This document shows positions 13,650 through 26,931 of a stretch of 64,000 nt of DNA, one piece after another. The number at the start of each line of letters is the position of its first letter. Within the stretch, counting starts at the first letter, position 1. Source of the DNA: Camelus ferus (taxonomy: Eukaryota); NCBI RefSeq assembly GCF_009834535.1, contig NC_045696.1, forward strand, positions 33,544,001-33,608,000, read 5' to 3'. Below the pieces are notes generated by a model. That model saw nothing but the letters and a program-made list of their open reading frames with translations, was not told where the DNA came from and did not search any database. A program made the translations under genes and the position numbers.

Positions 13650-14387
13650 AGAAGTGTGGACAAAAGGGAACCCTCCTACACTGCTGGTGGAAATGCTGTT
13701 TGGTGCAGCCATTAAGATTCCTCAAAAAACTAAAAATAGACTTACCATATGATCCATCAATCCCACTCCTGGGCATATGTCTGGAGGGGCCTCTAATTCA
13801 AGAAGATAAATGCACCCTAATGTTCATAGGAGCACTATTTACAATAACTAAGACATGGAAACAACCTATATGTCCATCAACAGATGACTGGATAAAGAAG
13901 CTGTGGTATGTTTATACAATGGAATACTACTCAGCCATAAAAAAGAATAAAATAATGCCATTTGCAGCAACATTGATGGATCCGGAGATCATAATTCTAA
14001 GTGAAGTAAGCCAGAAAGAGAAAGAAAAATACCATATGATATCACTAATATGTGTAATCTAAAATAAAGAAAAAAGGAAAAGGGAAGCACTAATGAATTT
14101 ACAAAACAGAAACAGACTCACAGACATAGTAAAGAAACTTACGGTTACTGGGGGAAAAAGGGATGAAAAGGGATAAATTAGGAGTTTGAGATTTTCAAAT
14201 ATTAACTACTATATATAAAATAGATAAACAACAAATTTCTGTATAGCACAGGGAACTATATTCAGTACCTTGTAGTAACTCATAATGAAAAAGAATATAA
14301 AAATGAATATAAGTATGTATATGTATGACTGAAATATTATGCTATTCACCAGAAATTGACATATTGTAATGGAATACACTTCAAAAA
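13650..14387 (+). mobile_element. 5'-truncated young L1 (camelid-type 3' UTR) with ORF2 C-terminus
   Basis: Translation [37 protein letters not shown]...WKQPICPSTDDWIKKLWYVYTMEYYSAIKKN matches the L1 ORF2 C-terminal region; followed by 3' UTR and A tail. Confidence 0.95.
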
Positions 14388-14959
14388 GATAAGGAAAACC
14401 AATGTTTGAACTTTGGGCAATGGAGGGGATCATCAAGGAAGACTAAGTGTGAAATGAGGAGGCCAGGCTCTGAGGGACACAATCATTACACAGACAAGCC
14501 TTAACTTCTGGGTAAAGTCTTATCTATTTAGCATTGGCAGTAATGCCTCAATCAGTTTTTCAACTTCATCTCACAAGCTTTCATACAAAGATGTAATATA
14601 AGCCAGATTAATCTGTCTCAAACAAAAATGTCATACTCTTACCTCTTGCTTCATCATTCTGCTCTGTTCTCTTGGAATTCCACCATTCTCCCAGGCAGCA
14701 ATTCATTTATTATTCACATTTTCATTTAGACATCCATGTACTAAGTGGAATCTTGTTGAAGCCATTCCACAGAGATGTTACTAGGCTCTTCATAATCCAC
14801 TTCATACAGCGCCTGCAAGCCACCTTGAACTCAGCAGTGCTTCTTCCAACCTCACAGTAACTCATGCTTTGTTATTGTTCACTCCCAACTCATCTATACT
14901 CACTGCAAAACTCAGTCAACACAACTCTATTCTTTTAAAAAATATTTCTTATTTTTTTG

Positions 14960-15060
14960 TGTGTACATATAGGTCTTGTCTTGAGGCAGGGATCACTCTG
15001 GTTGTTCACATCACCTAGCAAAGTACCTTGCTATTAAGTACTTGTTGATTCACTGATTAA
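14960..15060 (+). mobile_element. LINE-2 3' end
   Basis: cttgaggcagggatcact...cacctagcaaagtacc...taagtacttgttgatt. Confidence 0.55.
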
Positions 15061-15333
15061 TTTTCTGACTTAGAAAAACAATTTTTACTTGCAGAGGTAA
15101 AGAGAGGGAGGAGGATGTGTCATCTTGAGAGGGCTGCTTTTAAGTGACAACTTTATTGTATTTTCTTATTTTTATAGTGATTCAAATGGTGGATACTTCT
15201 TATATACTGAGGAATAGAAAAAGAGTTTGGTTTGATATGACAAAATATATGTTCTATTTTCAGCTTACAGCAACAAAAATAATTATAGAGCTAGACATTT
15301 TAAATCATGATTTTTATTTTCCTTCTAATAAGC

Positions 15334-15364
<31 letters not shown>

Positions 15365-15377
15365 ATATATATATATA
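15334..15377. repeat. (TA)8(TG)7(TA)7 compound microsatellite
   Basis: Read directly. Confidence 0.95.
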
Positions 15378-15429
15378 ACTTTTCAGTTTTAAGTATACAT
15401 TAAAAGTACTCTCTGTCTGCTTTAATTGC

Positions 15430-15972
15430 AGGGTGACTTTTCCTTGTCATCAATAGGTTTGGAGAGAGATGGCCATCAATTTCTAACCTCAAATCGCTCA
15501 CTGTATTTTCAAGAAATATAAACTCAACAAAGAAGCTTATCAAATTTAACAAATAAAAAACTGCCTGACATGGCAGTCACACTCCCCTCTCCCAATAGAA
15601 ACCATTATGAGAGTTTGACCTCCAAAAAGCACCCTATTGACCTGAGCTTGGTCCATAAATTGCTGGCCACAGAAAATCCTCACCCACAACAATGAACAAG
15701 CCTTTTTCCTTTAAAATGTTTCTAAATGGGTCTTTTGCCACCAACCAAAGGCTACACATATTCTTGAAGATTAGTTTGAAATTCCTTCAACCCCAACTTC
15801 GAAAAATTCCACCTTCATAGAACAACTGCTACAACCAAAGATTTTATGAATATTTCCTCTTTTTACTTTATAAAATGTATTCTCCTTTCTTAATACCAAG
15901 GGTTCCTTTGCCAGAATTTATGAATAAGTAGCAATTGATAATTTTGTCCCAAACTTCATTTTGTCCTTGACA
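15430..15972 (+). mobile_element. Possible ERV1 solo LTR (MER34/MER39-like)
   Basis: Ends ...cccaaacttcattttgtccttgaCA, an ERV1-LTR-like terminus, with a TATA-like ctttataaaa about 100 bp upstream; 5' boundary uncertain. Confidence 0.45.
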
Positions 15973-17239
15973 CAAATACATAATAATAAAAATAAATGTG
16001 TTCTATTGTTTTAAATTACCCAAGTGAACATTAATACAAATTGTTGAAAAATGATTATTCTTTTTAGAGAAGATTTTTGATGACCCTTTAGATAGGGAGC
16101 CTCTTGTTACACATTCATTGATGTGCATTCAATATGTTTATTACATATTGCATTAGAGCTAAGTTCATAGTTCTTTAATCATTTGCAACACAGATAAAAT
16201 ATCATGGTGACATTTTCCTTATGCCATATCCTGATGCACCTGAGAGTGTCTCTGGAGCACTTCCAGCCATTTGATGAGCCTTGTTACAGCCTCAGATAAT
16301 GGTTTTTCTTTTTGTCTAGAGATAGGCTTCCAGGCTAAACCTTTAACTTTATAGCAATTGAAAGGTTAACATCTTCTGTTAAACAACGGAAGAACTGTAT
16401 CATGGTAATAGGAATCCATTGCATCTCCACTGGCTAATGTCTACATATAAGGAGCTTGACATGTCAGTTACCTGGTGTACAAGTTAATACAAAAGAATTT
16501 AACTCACATTTATTCTTTTTGTTTTCTCTAGCTTTTCAATTGCATCCCAAATAGCAAACTGTTAACCTTTCAGGGCCTAATCTATAATTCGTATTCTGGC
16601 CAACAGCTTATTTACTTGACTGAAAGTTTTGCTGATACAAGGCACAAAGGATCAGGCATTTAATGGATACACAACAAAGAGTTCAACTCCATGAATTTAA
16701 ATCCATCTTACATTAGAAGAATTTATAATAAGTTTATGGCAATAAGATGTCAAGATGTTAATATGAATTGGCAGGTTTCCATGTGATTAGATGACAGAAT
16801 TACAGCCCAAAATGCCAACTTTTGTTGGAAATGTAAGAAACACACCAAGCAGATGCATCCAGAAAGATAACTATTGTAAAAGCATCTGTCTACACTCTAT
16901 AAATTACTTCTTTTATCAGTGACTTATCTTTCTACCATGAATCTTAGGCCATTTTGAAAGTATGGCATCAGAAAAGATTAGAGATTTGAAAAGGTCTTCC
17001 CTATTTGCTTTTCATGATGCTCCCACTTGGGAAAATAGACAACCTTATTTTCAGACACTAACACATTCAGTTTTTTTTTTTAAATTAAAATACAGATATT
17101 TCTTCATGTACCTTTCATAGGGACAGGCTAATTTTAAAGGTGCAGACCCTGTTAATTTAAATCAAGATTATCTTGATTCTTCAGTGACTCCACAAATCAG
17201 CACTTTGTCTTGTTTTCAGTTTATGTATTTAGTATTCAT

Positions 17240-17375
17240 TGCTTTTAGTATCTTATTACTTCATTAGATTATAAGCTCATGAAGTCAGAAGTCTTGATTT
17301 ACCTTCCACTATATCCTATAGAATCTATAATAGAATTCATCATATAGTTTTTTTTTAAGTAGAATGAATAAAGAA
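17240..17375 (+). mobile_element. LINE-2 3' end
   Basis: attagattataagctcatgaagtcagaa ... gtagaatgaataaa. Confidence 0.6.
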
Positions 17376-20300
17376 AGAAAATAAGTACTATACGTAAGTT
17401 TTTGGCACTGTAATAGTGTACATATGTTCTTACTTAAAGGTTATATATGAGGCTCCCGACTATTTATTTATTTGGTTTTACATTTTAGGGTGTTAGTTTT
17501 TGAAGACAATACTTCCATTCTAATCACATCTATGTTTACTTGATTTTCAGCCAGTTGGTTTGTTGGAAAAGAGTCAAAGTGCGTATTTGTTATGCTATAC
17601 ATACAATGCAGAAATAAATGCTTATTTTTTCCCACTACTTTTTAACTGGCAGTTGTGGATACAATCGGATCATGCCTATCAGGTTAACAGAACCATCACA
17701 AGAGGCACAGTTAGGACCCGGACTGCATCCAAGGCCATGTCTGATGATTAGCACAAAGCAGTTTGCTGATATTGTCAGGAGTCCTCTCCACTCCCTCAAC
17801 TCAATTTCTCGCTTCATTGCTTTGAACCCCTATGGGGCAGCAGAAGTTTAAGGGATGTCAACAAGAACATGCTTGTTCTCTCAGGAATTCCATATAAGAG
17901 GATAAACAGCTACACAGCTGGCCAAACTAATAGTGTAGAAGTGTGTGACTTAAGTGTTTAATAAATGCATGAGCATTTTACAAGGCCCAGGGGACCTTCC
18001 TCAGAATTACAGAATTTGATTGATTACATGTAGAGTTTATTCTGGGTAATTTCTGTTCAAAAACAAAGTTAAAGTTTTTTATTAGATGTTATAAACATCA
18101 TGTTGAGTTAATTAAGAACTCACATATAAGGTCATATTTTGTTAAGTATTTCTGTAAGAATAAAAAAATTTCAAAAAGAAAATTCAGAGAAACAACTCTA
18201 CTTCATTCTTTCTATTTTGTGTAGTTGTAACAGACAATGTTTATGGGTAGTTTAAGGCCCATAAACAAACACAATCAGAAAGCTCTACATGTATTTTCTG
18301 TACTCCTTTTAATATTTGTTTGTTTAAATACTGAGTACTGTGTTAGTTAAGGGCTCTTCAGCCTTTAAATAAGTATTTCAGAGGCGCACACAACCTATGA
18401 CTTGGCAGTGGAAATTTACAGAACACCAATTTGCTATTTCTAGTCTAGAGTGTAATTAACTACAATCTACCTGGCCAGAGCATACAGCTGTAAAATCCAG
18501 TCATCGAAAGGATATTCTTTTAATGTTACAGAAAGTTCTACTTGAACCCCAAAGAGACTCCAGTGATTTAAATGAAAATCAACGTGGTTGAATGATGACT
18601 TCTGCAACATACCTGCAAAGACCTGGTCATGGTTGTGTGGCTAGACCTGATCTGTGAGCTATGGATCAGGGCTCTAGACCCATCCTCAGGTCATTCAGAT
18701 AGTGTTCATTACTCAAACTTCAGCCACCATTCATTTCTTCCTCTTTTACTAACAGTAATAAAACTCATCCTGAAATTATAGAGTATATGACTACTTGGAA
18801 AGCAGATATGTGTTAAAATATAATAAATCAGAAGTGTTTGTCCAAAAAAATATTAAAAAAAACATCAATTTCATCAACTCAAAGAAATAAATAATTTCCT
18901 GATCTACAGCTGGTGAATATTATGTGGATACTATTTTACGCTAATTAAACCCACTAGCAGAAACAGATTCCTTTTCTCTGGGAACATTGCTAAAGTCTAT
19001 TTAAAATATTAGATTTTATGAGGTCAGGAGAAATTAAACTGTATATTTTTAGTTTTCTTACTCCACACAAACTATTACCATTACTGATAAAATCACTTAG
19101 ACTATGTCTAAAATACTTAAGGCAACCTGCTTACTTTTGTTTATTAGCGTATAGGAAAAAAATCCTTTAAACTTCTTAAACTATGGCTCACTCTTCATTT
19201 TGAAAACAGTTTTGAATTGGGCTTAGTCCTGAAATCAGAAAATGGCCTAGAAGCAAACTTCAGCACAATTTTTGATAAATGTAAAGCTCTTCTCTTCCTC
19301 TTCTTTCTTTTCTTCTGGCACCCCTTTTAGTAATTAGTTAAGCATTTCCTTAAAGACTTCAATGGCTTCTCCCAACCCAGGTCAGTTTCCCTGTGATGTG
19401 CTCCATTTTCTGAAAACAATTTTCCTTTCTTCCCTTTTCTAGTCATGATTCTCACTAAAATGTTCATGTTCTCAACATATTTCTCAGTGCATCAGGAGAA
19501 AAGTAATTGGATTGAGAAAAGGTGGATAAATAATCTCTTGAAGTATATGACTTAGAAAAAATACAAGACAGATTTTTTTCTTTGCACAAATGATCTCTCA
19601 TCAGGATGGATAATAATTCCAGAGAGCTGAACTAAATTACTTTTTAATGTCCTTTCCTCCTCAGGACATGAGAAAACAAAATAAAGTGAGCCATGGAAGA
19701 ATTTGTGAAGATGGATTTGGATAGAAGTTCAGATAAATCTTAACAGGGGTCAGTTACAAGACTTAGACAACTACCCAGTTGTCTGCTCATGAAATCATCC
19801 CTGCTTGGTGTTTTAGGATAAATAACAGGATATGAAAGAAAATGGCTAAATCCTGAACTAGGAAAATAAAAGTGAGTATTGAAATTTAATAAAAACTTCA
19901 TATGAGCATAAATAATCCTTATACAAACACAAGACATTCCAGTCTTGAATTAGTAAACCTTTCATTTTTATCTAGTCTCTAAATTTAGATTCCAAAGATA
20001 TGACTTCTGTTTGAAAATATTTAAATGTCCCTCAAAAATGTTCATAGAGCATATTTGTAGTTTTTTTTTCTGCACTATGTTCAAGGTGTAGAAAGTAGTT
20101 CAGCTTAATTTTTCTTTTTCTTTTTTGAAAGAAATAGATGCATTTTAATTACATAAATTTTACAAGATCAAACTGGGATTAATTTTTTAGTTTGGAGCAA
20201 TAGAAGATATAAACTTTCAATAACTTACAAGAAATATATAAAAAGTATCTTCAGCAAATACCAATTTTATGGATTTGCTTATTAAACTTTGATAATATTT

Positions 20301-20734
20301 AATATTAATAATAGCTTATTTTTATTAATGAAAGTTTTTCATAGTAAGGAACAGTAATAGATAAATTCAGGACAAAAGGTAAGTACTGTTGTTTAGAAAC
20401 TTATTATTTAACTTTGCAGCCATTGTAACAATATATGTACAAAAGAATAGTAAAACTTTATGCTGGTAGATCTCCCACAAACCAGTGACACAGACAGTAC
20501 ACTATTGTTTTCTATACATAAAAAAGAACAAATCCTTGATATTAGTTATAAATTCTATAACCAGAACATTGTATCTCATATAAAATCCATGGTTGAATTG
20601 CTGTTTGTTTATTTCAAATCCTCCTACTTGACCCATGCCCATACTAGCCTGCCAGGTAAAACACATACACAGTTGAATTAGCATGTAAAAAAGAAAATTT
20701 GCAATTTGGAATCATAATTTGTTTTTTGCTTCTG

Positions 20735-21191
20735 TTTTTCTTTATTGAAGTATAGTTGACTTACAATATTATATTAGTTTCAGGTGTACAACATACTGAT
20801 TCAATACTTTTATACATTACAGACCATAGAAAGTTACTATAATATTATTGACTATATTCCCTGTGCTGTACATGACATTCTTGTGACTTACGTATCTTAC
20901 AGCTGGTATTAATTTACCTCTTAATCCCCTTTACCTATTTTGTCCATTCTCCTCACCCCCTCCTCCTGTATGGAAACCACCAGTTTGTTCTCTGTATCTG
21001 TAAGGCAATTTCTGTTTTTCTTTGTTCATTTGTTTTGTTTTTTAGATTTTACATATAAGTAAAAACATACAGTATTTGTCTTTCTGTCTCTGACTTATTT
21101 AGCAAAATACCCTCTAGATACATTCATGTTGTCGCAAATGGCCAAATTTCATTCTTTTTTGTGATTAATGCTCCATTTTGTATATATGCAT

Positions 21192-21222
<31 letters not shown>

Positions 21223-21483
21223 TACTACGTCGTCTTTATCCATTCATCTGTTGGTGAATACTTAGATTGCTTCCTTATCTTGGCTATTGTAAACAATTCT
21301 GTAATAAATGTTGGGATGCATGTATATTTTTCAATTAATATTTTTGTTTCATTAAAGTAAATACCTAGAAGAAGAATTTCTGGATCATATGGCATTTCTA
21401 TTTTCACATTTTTGAGGAACCTCTACACTGTTTTCCATAGTGGCTGAGCCAGTTGACATTCCCACCAACAGTGCATGAGAGAT
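20735..21483 (-). mobile_element. 5'-truncated L1 (L1MA9/artiodactyl-type) containing a (CA)n
   Basis: Antisense 3' end tttattgaagtatagttgacttacaatattatattagtttcaggtgtacaacat; ORF 21225-21407 (KIEMPYDPEILLLGIY...PTDEWIK) is L1 ORF2. Confidence 0.93.
21192..21218. repeat. (AC)n microsatellite, about 13 units
   Basis: Read directly. Confidence 0.95.
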
Positions 21484-22067
21484 TGTTCTGAATTTTTATT
21501 AAACACTGGAGTTAAAATTAGATTCCCATAGGTTTGATTAAACATTTAGTTTATTATTAACTCCCAGTTATTTGTTTTTGCAAAAAAAGTTTTAAAGTCA
21601 GACTGAATTCTTTGAGTTGTAAACAATGGCTTAGTCATATATAAAAAATACTTAGTTTATAAATGAGAATTTTTGACTATATCTTAGTGTTAGTTCAAAG
21701 TTGCTTTTTCAAATACTGTTGATAATAACATCCCAGAAGAACTTAATATTTGTTTGTTTTGTGACACTATCACATACCTGCATTAGCTATCAAACCAATG
21801 ACATAGTTACTAGATTGTATTTTTACATTTGATTTTTTGTCACAAATGATTTGTCTTGTGTAATGTGTTGAGTTTTTGGATATGAAATAGAAACTAAAAC
21901 CTTAAAAGCAGGAGCATCCTAAAATTATATGTGAAAGAACACAGCTGATAGAAGTTTAAACATATAACATAAGAAAAGTTTTTGTGGAGTGCTACACAAC
22001 TGAAAATCAGCATCAGTGGTGTCTGATTAGAAACAGAGTATAATAGGAAGTCACTAGCAGTCAGCCC

Positions 22068-22270
22068 TCAATATTAATTGAGTGCTTTCAGTGGGCCAGG
22101 CACTGTTTCAACAGTTGGGAATACAGCGATGACAAGACAGTCAGAGCCTTTCATCAAGAGGCTTAAACTAACAGGAAATGTCCAGGGATAAAGACAATAA
22201 ACATAAAAATGAATGATATTTCATTAAGTGATGACTGTTATGAACTAGATTAAACAGATCAATGTGACTG
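22068..22270 (-). mobile_element. LINE-2 3' end
   Basis: attaattgagtgctttcagtgggccaggcactgtt...ttgggaatacagcgatgacaagacag. Confidence 0.75.
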
Positions 22271-24609
22271 TTTATTAATCCATATATAATAAAGAACTAC
22301 TGGTTTGGATGATGTCACCCAAGATACATCACTTTGTATTTTCGTAGCCTACTTTCAGTATATCTCCTGTATGTGGAATGTTAAATTATATGCTGTTTAT
22401 TTCTTTATCTCTTTTTACATACATCTACATAAAGAAATTAGTGACTTCAGATGCAATTTTATGCCTATGAATTTCACCTTTCCTGGTCCCTGTGTTTTAT
22501 AATTGAGGACTTGTGTGACTTTTGACTCATTGTGTCTGATCCTGCAAGGTTAACACTAGTCCTATTTTACTGAACATCTAGCATAATTAAAATATTTGAG
22601 ATAAAGATACTGCTTGGATATAACTTGTAAGATTCATTGGAGTAACAGCTGTAGAGTCAGGATTAACCCTTCTTACATCTCTGACCAGAGAATGTTGGAA
22701 ATTTTTTCCCCCCTGATTCACCCCTTTACATTGTTTGTTATACAGTTGGAAGGCTTCCTAACTAATAACACCAGGGCCAGAAAGAAAATGTGAGGGCCAG
22801 ACACAGACATTTGGTGTGATTTGTTAGCACCTAAGGAAACAGAGACTATGAGAAATCCAGTAAAAAAAAAATGTGATTTAAGTTGGCTAGAAATGAGACC
22901 ACCTGCCTTCTGGGAAGATTCATAGCCTATGTCTGCACCTAAAGAATATGCAATGGGGACCTAATCGGTTATTGTAGATAATTCATGTAATATAAATGCA
23001 TTTTTAAAAAGGAAAATAAAGCTCTATAATGTGTCAGTTGATAAACTGTTCAACAATCCACCTGGGAAGTAGACATACATATAAATCAATTGGAATTAGT
23101 TGCACTTTGTCTTTGAATTGTGACTTTATAGTTCATACCAAGTTATAAGTGATGTTAAATATAGCTCATCTGTAAGATTTTTATCATAACCTAAAAATAA
23201 ATCTAATTTTTTTTAAATATTTTTATTAGAAAATAACATTTGGTGGATAGAGCAAAATATACATCATTTTCCTCAGTTTTTTCATTTTTTGGTATTAATT
23301 CATCCTTCCCATATAGATTTTATTGGCCACTGAATTATTAATTGTAAGGTAAACTTCTGTGTTTGGATTTTTAGAAACTAATATAAAAAAAATGCATCTG
23401 TCTCAAATTTTGTCATTCCTCGTGTGCTCTCAAAAGTCATTTTGCAGGCACAGCGCACCACTTACCAAAAAGTTGTACTATAATAAATCTTAGTTTGTGA
23501 TTATAATGTGATGGAAGTTCAATACAATGAAAATTTGAGGCTCATAAAAATCAAATCTATAGGGAGTAGATGAAGATAGTCTTGAAATGGCTGTACGCAA
23601 TAGATTTAGAGCTGGAGCACTTGGATGGACTTTTAACTCTTTTTAAAAAATAATATTCTTTCCTGACAGCCCCATCAGCAAAAAGGAAATGCTTATTGCT
23701 TTTTTTCCCCTTTTTTACACTAATCAAAAATCAAATGTTTAAATAAATGACTATGCTCCACTTTGTCACCCTCCTCAACCACTTAAGGACAAGGAGTTTT
23801 ATTTTTACTTACATAATAATTATGCTATGAAGCATAGATTTTAAAGGAAAAAAAAAACCAGTTCTTCCTGAAAAAACAAAACTCTAGTTGGAGCCCAAAG
23901 CAGTGCGTAATATAACTGGCTGTAAATTTTAAAAACCCATTCTTATTTTTCAGCCCTTCAGTTTTTGTGACTGTCTCTGCATTAAGAAAGAAAGTATCCA
24001 AAGTTCAACATTTGCAAAATAGATTAGAGTTCTAGTTACCTATATTATACATATATTCCAGAAAATGTTGAATGTGAATTCAAAAAAACCACAAAAAGGC
24101 AAACACTATTTAAATAAGGTTCATAATTACATTCATTTGTAAAACCTATAGTTATGCCCCAATTAATCTATGGGGGTGAAACTGAATTTTCACATAAACA
24201 ATTTACTTAATGCAATGTTGAATGACGGTCCTTAAGTTGAGATGTCTACCTAACTGGTGTGCCAAAGAGATGCTGTAATGCATCTTCCTCTTCCTGCAGG
24301 GGTTCTTAACCAAATCTTTTGTACACTGACAAGGCTGAGATACTTCTTTCAAAACTAACACTGTTCTGCCACAGTGTAATGTTCCTGTGACTTTAACTAC
24401 CTCCACAGATGTGATGGTCTGTCCCAAAGAGGACAGATCAGAGAATGTGCTTGACTTTAAACATTCATGAGGGAAGGGGGTAGTGGCAAAAATATAAACT
24501 CAAAGCACCTATTCTACTCTATGAGAGTTATTATAAAATATCAGGGACAAAGTAAATAAATTAAATTTAGTTATTTGACTTTCAAGAAGTAATAGAAGCC
24601 TCATATTGT

Positions 24610-24706
24610 ATGAAAACGAAAATATGTATGTATATGCATGACTGGGACATTGTGTTGTACACCAGAAGCTGACACATTGTAACTGACCTTCAATTTTTCA
24701 AATTGT
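24610..24706 (+). mobile_element. Very short (about 97 bp) L1 3'-terminal insertion with TSD
   Basis: Homologous to the last about 90 bp of the L1s at 13650 and 44374; flanked by direct repeat ctcatattgt (24600-24609, 24707-24716). Confidence 0.85.
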
Positions 24707-24784
24707 CTCATATTGTGTAATATAGTGCTGTAAATTATACGGATGGGGTGATGTGGTGATAAAATATTAACAAAAAATAATTAA

Positions 24785-24987
24785 GAATCAGAATATTAAA
24801 AATGGGAGTATCTTTAGCAGTTATCTAGCCCAACCTTCTCATCTGAAAAATGCAGAACCTGAAGTCAACAAAGGAAAATAGGATCTCATCATTCTCTCGA
24901 GAATAGTTACCGTTTTATTGATCATTTATTATATACTAGCCACTATGCTAAACACTAAACAAAACCCCTTAAAACACAAATTGTGCA
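24785..24987 (-). mobile_element. MIR-family fragments left of the L1 insertion
   Basis: tatctagcccaaccttctcatctgaaaaatgcagaacctgaag and ttttattgatcatttattatatactagccactatgctaaacact. Confidence 0.6.
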
Positions 24988-25610
24988 GAATCCCACTCCT
25001 GGACATATAACCGGAGGTAACTCTAATTCAAAAAGATAAATGCACCCCAGTGTTCATAGCAGCACTATGTACAATAGCCAAGACAAAGAAGCAACCTAAA
25101 TGTTCATCGACAGAGGACTGGATAAAGTTGTGGTATATTTATACAGTGGAATACTACTCAATATAAAAAAATAAAATAAAATAATGCCATTTGTAGCAGC
25201 GTGGATGGACCTGGAGATTATCATACTAAGTGAAGTAAACCAGAAAGAGAAAGAAAACTATCATATAATATCACTTTTTGTGGAATCTTTAAAAAATACA
25301 CAAATGAACTTATTTACAAACCAGAGATGGACTCACAGACATAGAAAACAAACATGGTTATAATGGGGAGAGGGAGAGGGGAGGGATAAATTGGAAGTTC
25401 GAGATTTGCAGATACTAATCACTACATATAAAATAAATAAACAGCAAGGTCCCACTGTATACATAGGGAACTACATTCAGTACTTTGTAATGGCCTATAG
25501 TGAAAAGGATATGAAAAGGAATATATATATAACTGAACCACTATGCTGTACCTCAGAAACTAACACAGCATTGTAAACTGACTATACTTCAATTAAAAAA
25601 AATAAAAAAT
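24988..25610 (+). mobile_element. 5'-truncated L1 inserted into a MIR
   Basis: aatcccactcctggacatata...tgactatacttcaattaaaaaaaataaaaaat; TSD aaattgtgca (24978-24987) / aaattttgca (25611-25620). Confidence 0.93.
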
Positions 25611-25735
25611 AAATTTTGCATAAGAGAAAACAAGCTCATTAAAGTTAATGTAAGCTGTCTAAGGTCACATAGCTGGTGTATGGGGCGGCTAGGACTCAAA
25701 TCAGGCCCTGCTTGACTCCAAATTCCATGCTTCTT
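25611..25735 (-). mobile_element. MIR continuation right of the L1
   Basis: tgtctaaggtcacatagctgg...ggactcaaatcagg...tgactccaaattccatgct. Confidence 0.75.
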
Positions 25736-25911
25736 TTATAATTTGATTATAATGTGAACTTCTGTTGCATTATAATCACATAGCTCCTTTGCCATAATGT
25801 TCAGTGACACACATGAATAATGTGTGACTGAACATCTTGACTTGTGCTTTGGCTTTTGCAGTGATGTGAGTAATTTCTCTCAGAAGCCAGAGTTGGGTGG
25901 GGGCTATTGAT

Positions 25912-26140
25912 CAGAGAGAGAAGAAAGGAAAAAAAGAGAGAATGTTAGGGAGAGTGAGAGAGAGAGAGAAACAGAGAGAGAGAGACAGAAAGAGAAAAAA
26001 AGAGAGAAACAAAAAAATAAAGAAAGAAAGAGAGAGAAAGATGGAGGAAGGAAGGGAGGAAGGAAGGAAGGGAGAAAGAGGAAGGGAGAAAGAGGGAGGG
26101 AGAGAGAGAAAGAAAGAAAAAAAAGAAAGAAAAAGAAAAA
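25912..26140. repeat. GA-rich polypurine low-complexity tract
   Basis: Mixed (GA)n, (GAAA)n and (GGAA)n over about 230 bp. Confidence 0.95.
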
Positions 26141-26931
26141 CACATTCAAGCAGTAAGCAGATATTATGTCATGTATTACAAACATATTTTAACCAATATT
26201 TACATTTTGTATTAATTAAAAAATTATATCCAAGTAGAAATCAAGTACAGTAAAAGTCCATGTCTGCTCCTCACCATATAAGCCTTTATATTTTACATCA
26301 TTGTTGGATGCCAAGGGAAAACTGCTTTCTCTTGAAACTGGAAGCCTTACATTTTTTTGTTTTCTCACTTTCCTGTGGAACTCTTAATAGAATTGTAACA
26401 TACTTAGAATGAATCAAGTCTATTCCTTTCCTACAGACAGAAATGTTTCAGTTATTTCTCATCAGAGTTTAATGAGATTCAGTCAGATTGACTCCCATTT
26501 ATTGACAGGGAAACTGATGCATCAAAATTCAAAGAATCTTACAACTTAAGTGCTCCCAGAGACTTTAAAGTTTATTTAGTCAAATATCTTATTTTGGGGA
26601 TGATGAGATGGGTCCAGATTGAATAACTAATTATTTTGAAGTTCATAATTCTTAGTGACAAAGAAGGCCCAGCTCCACACCACGTCTTATCTTGTATTCT
26701 TGGAGCCATGGTACCTTTCCATAACTTTGTAACTTCTATAAAGCACTGCCTACGGTTGGTGTAAATAATAGAGGGAGTGATATTGATGATCAGAATCTGG
26801 AGAATCCAGTATTTAGCTGCCAAGCAACACCATTTTGTGAAGTTTAGAATATGGCCATTTAGAGGCTTGTAGACAAAACTTCAAGTGAAATGAAGAGCTC
26901 TAGGTAGAAATAAATTGGAAGCTTGTAATAC

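Noticed and set aside
13565..14062. Longest ORF (165 aa) as a host gene
   Set aside because: It is the L1 ORF2 C-terminus, with an in-frame loss of WKTVW, read through from flanking DNA; an open frame is expected in a young L1
25897..26253. K/E/R-rich and F/L/S-rich ORFs
   Set aside because: Translations of the GA-rich simple repeat, which lacks stop codons
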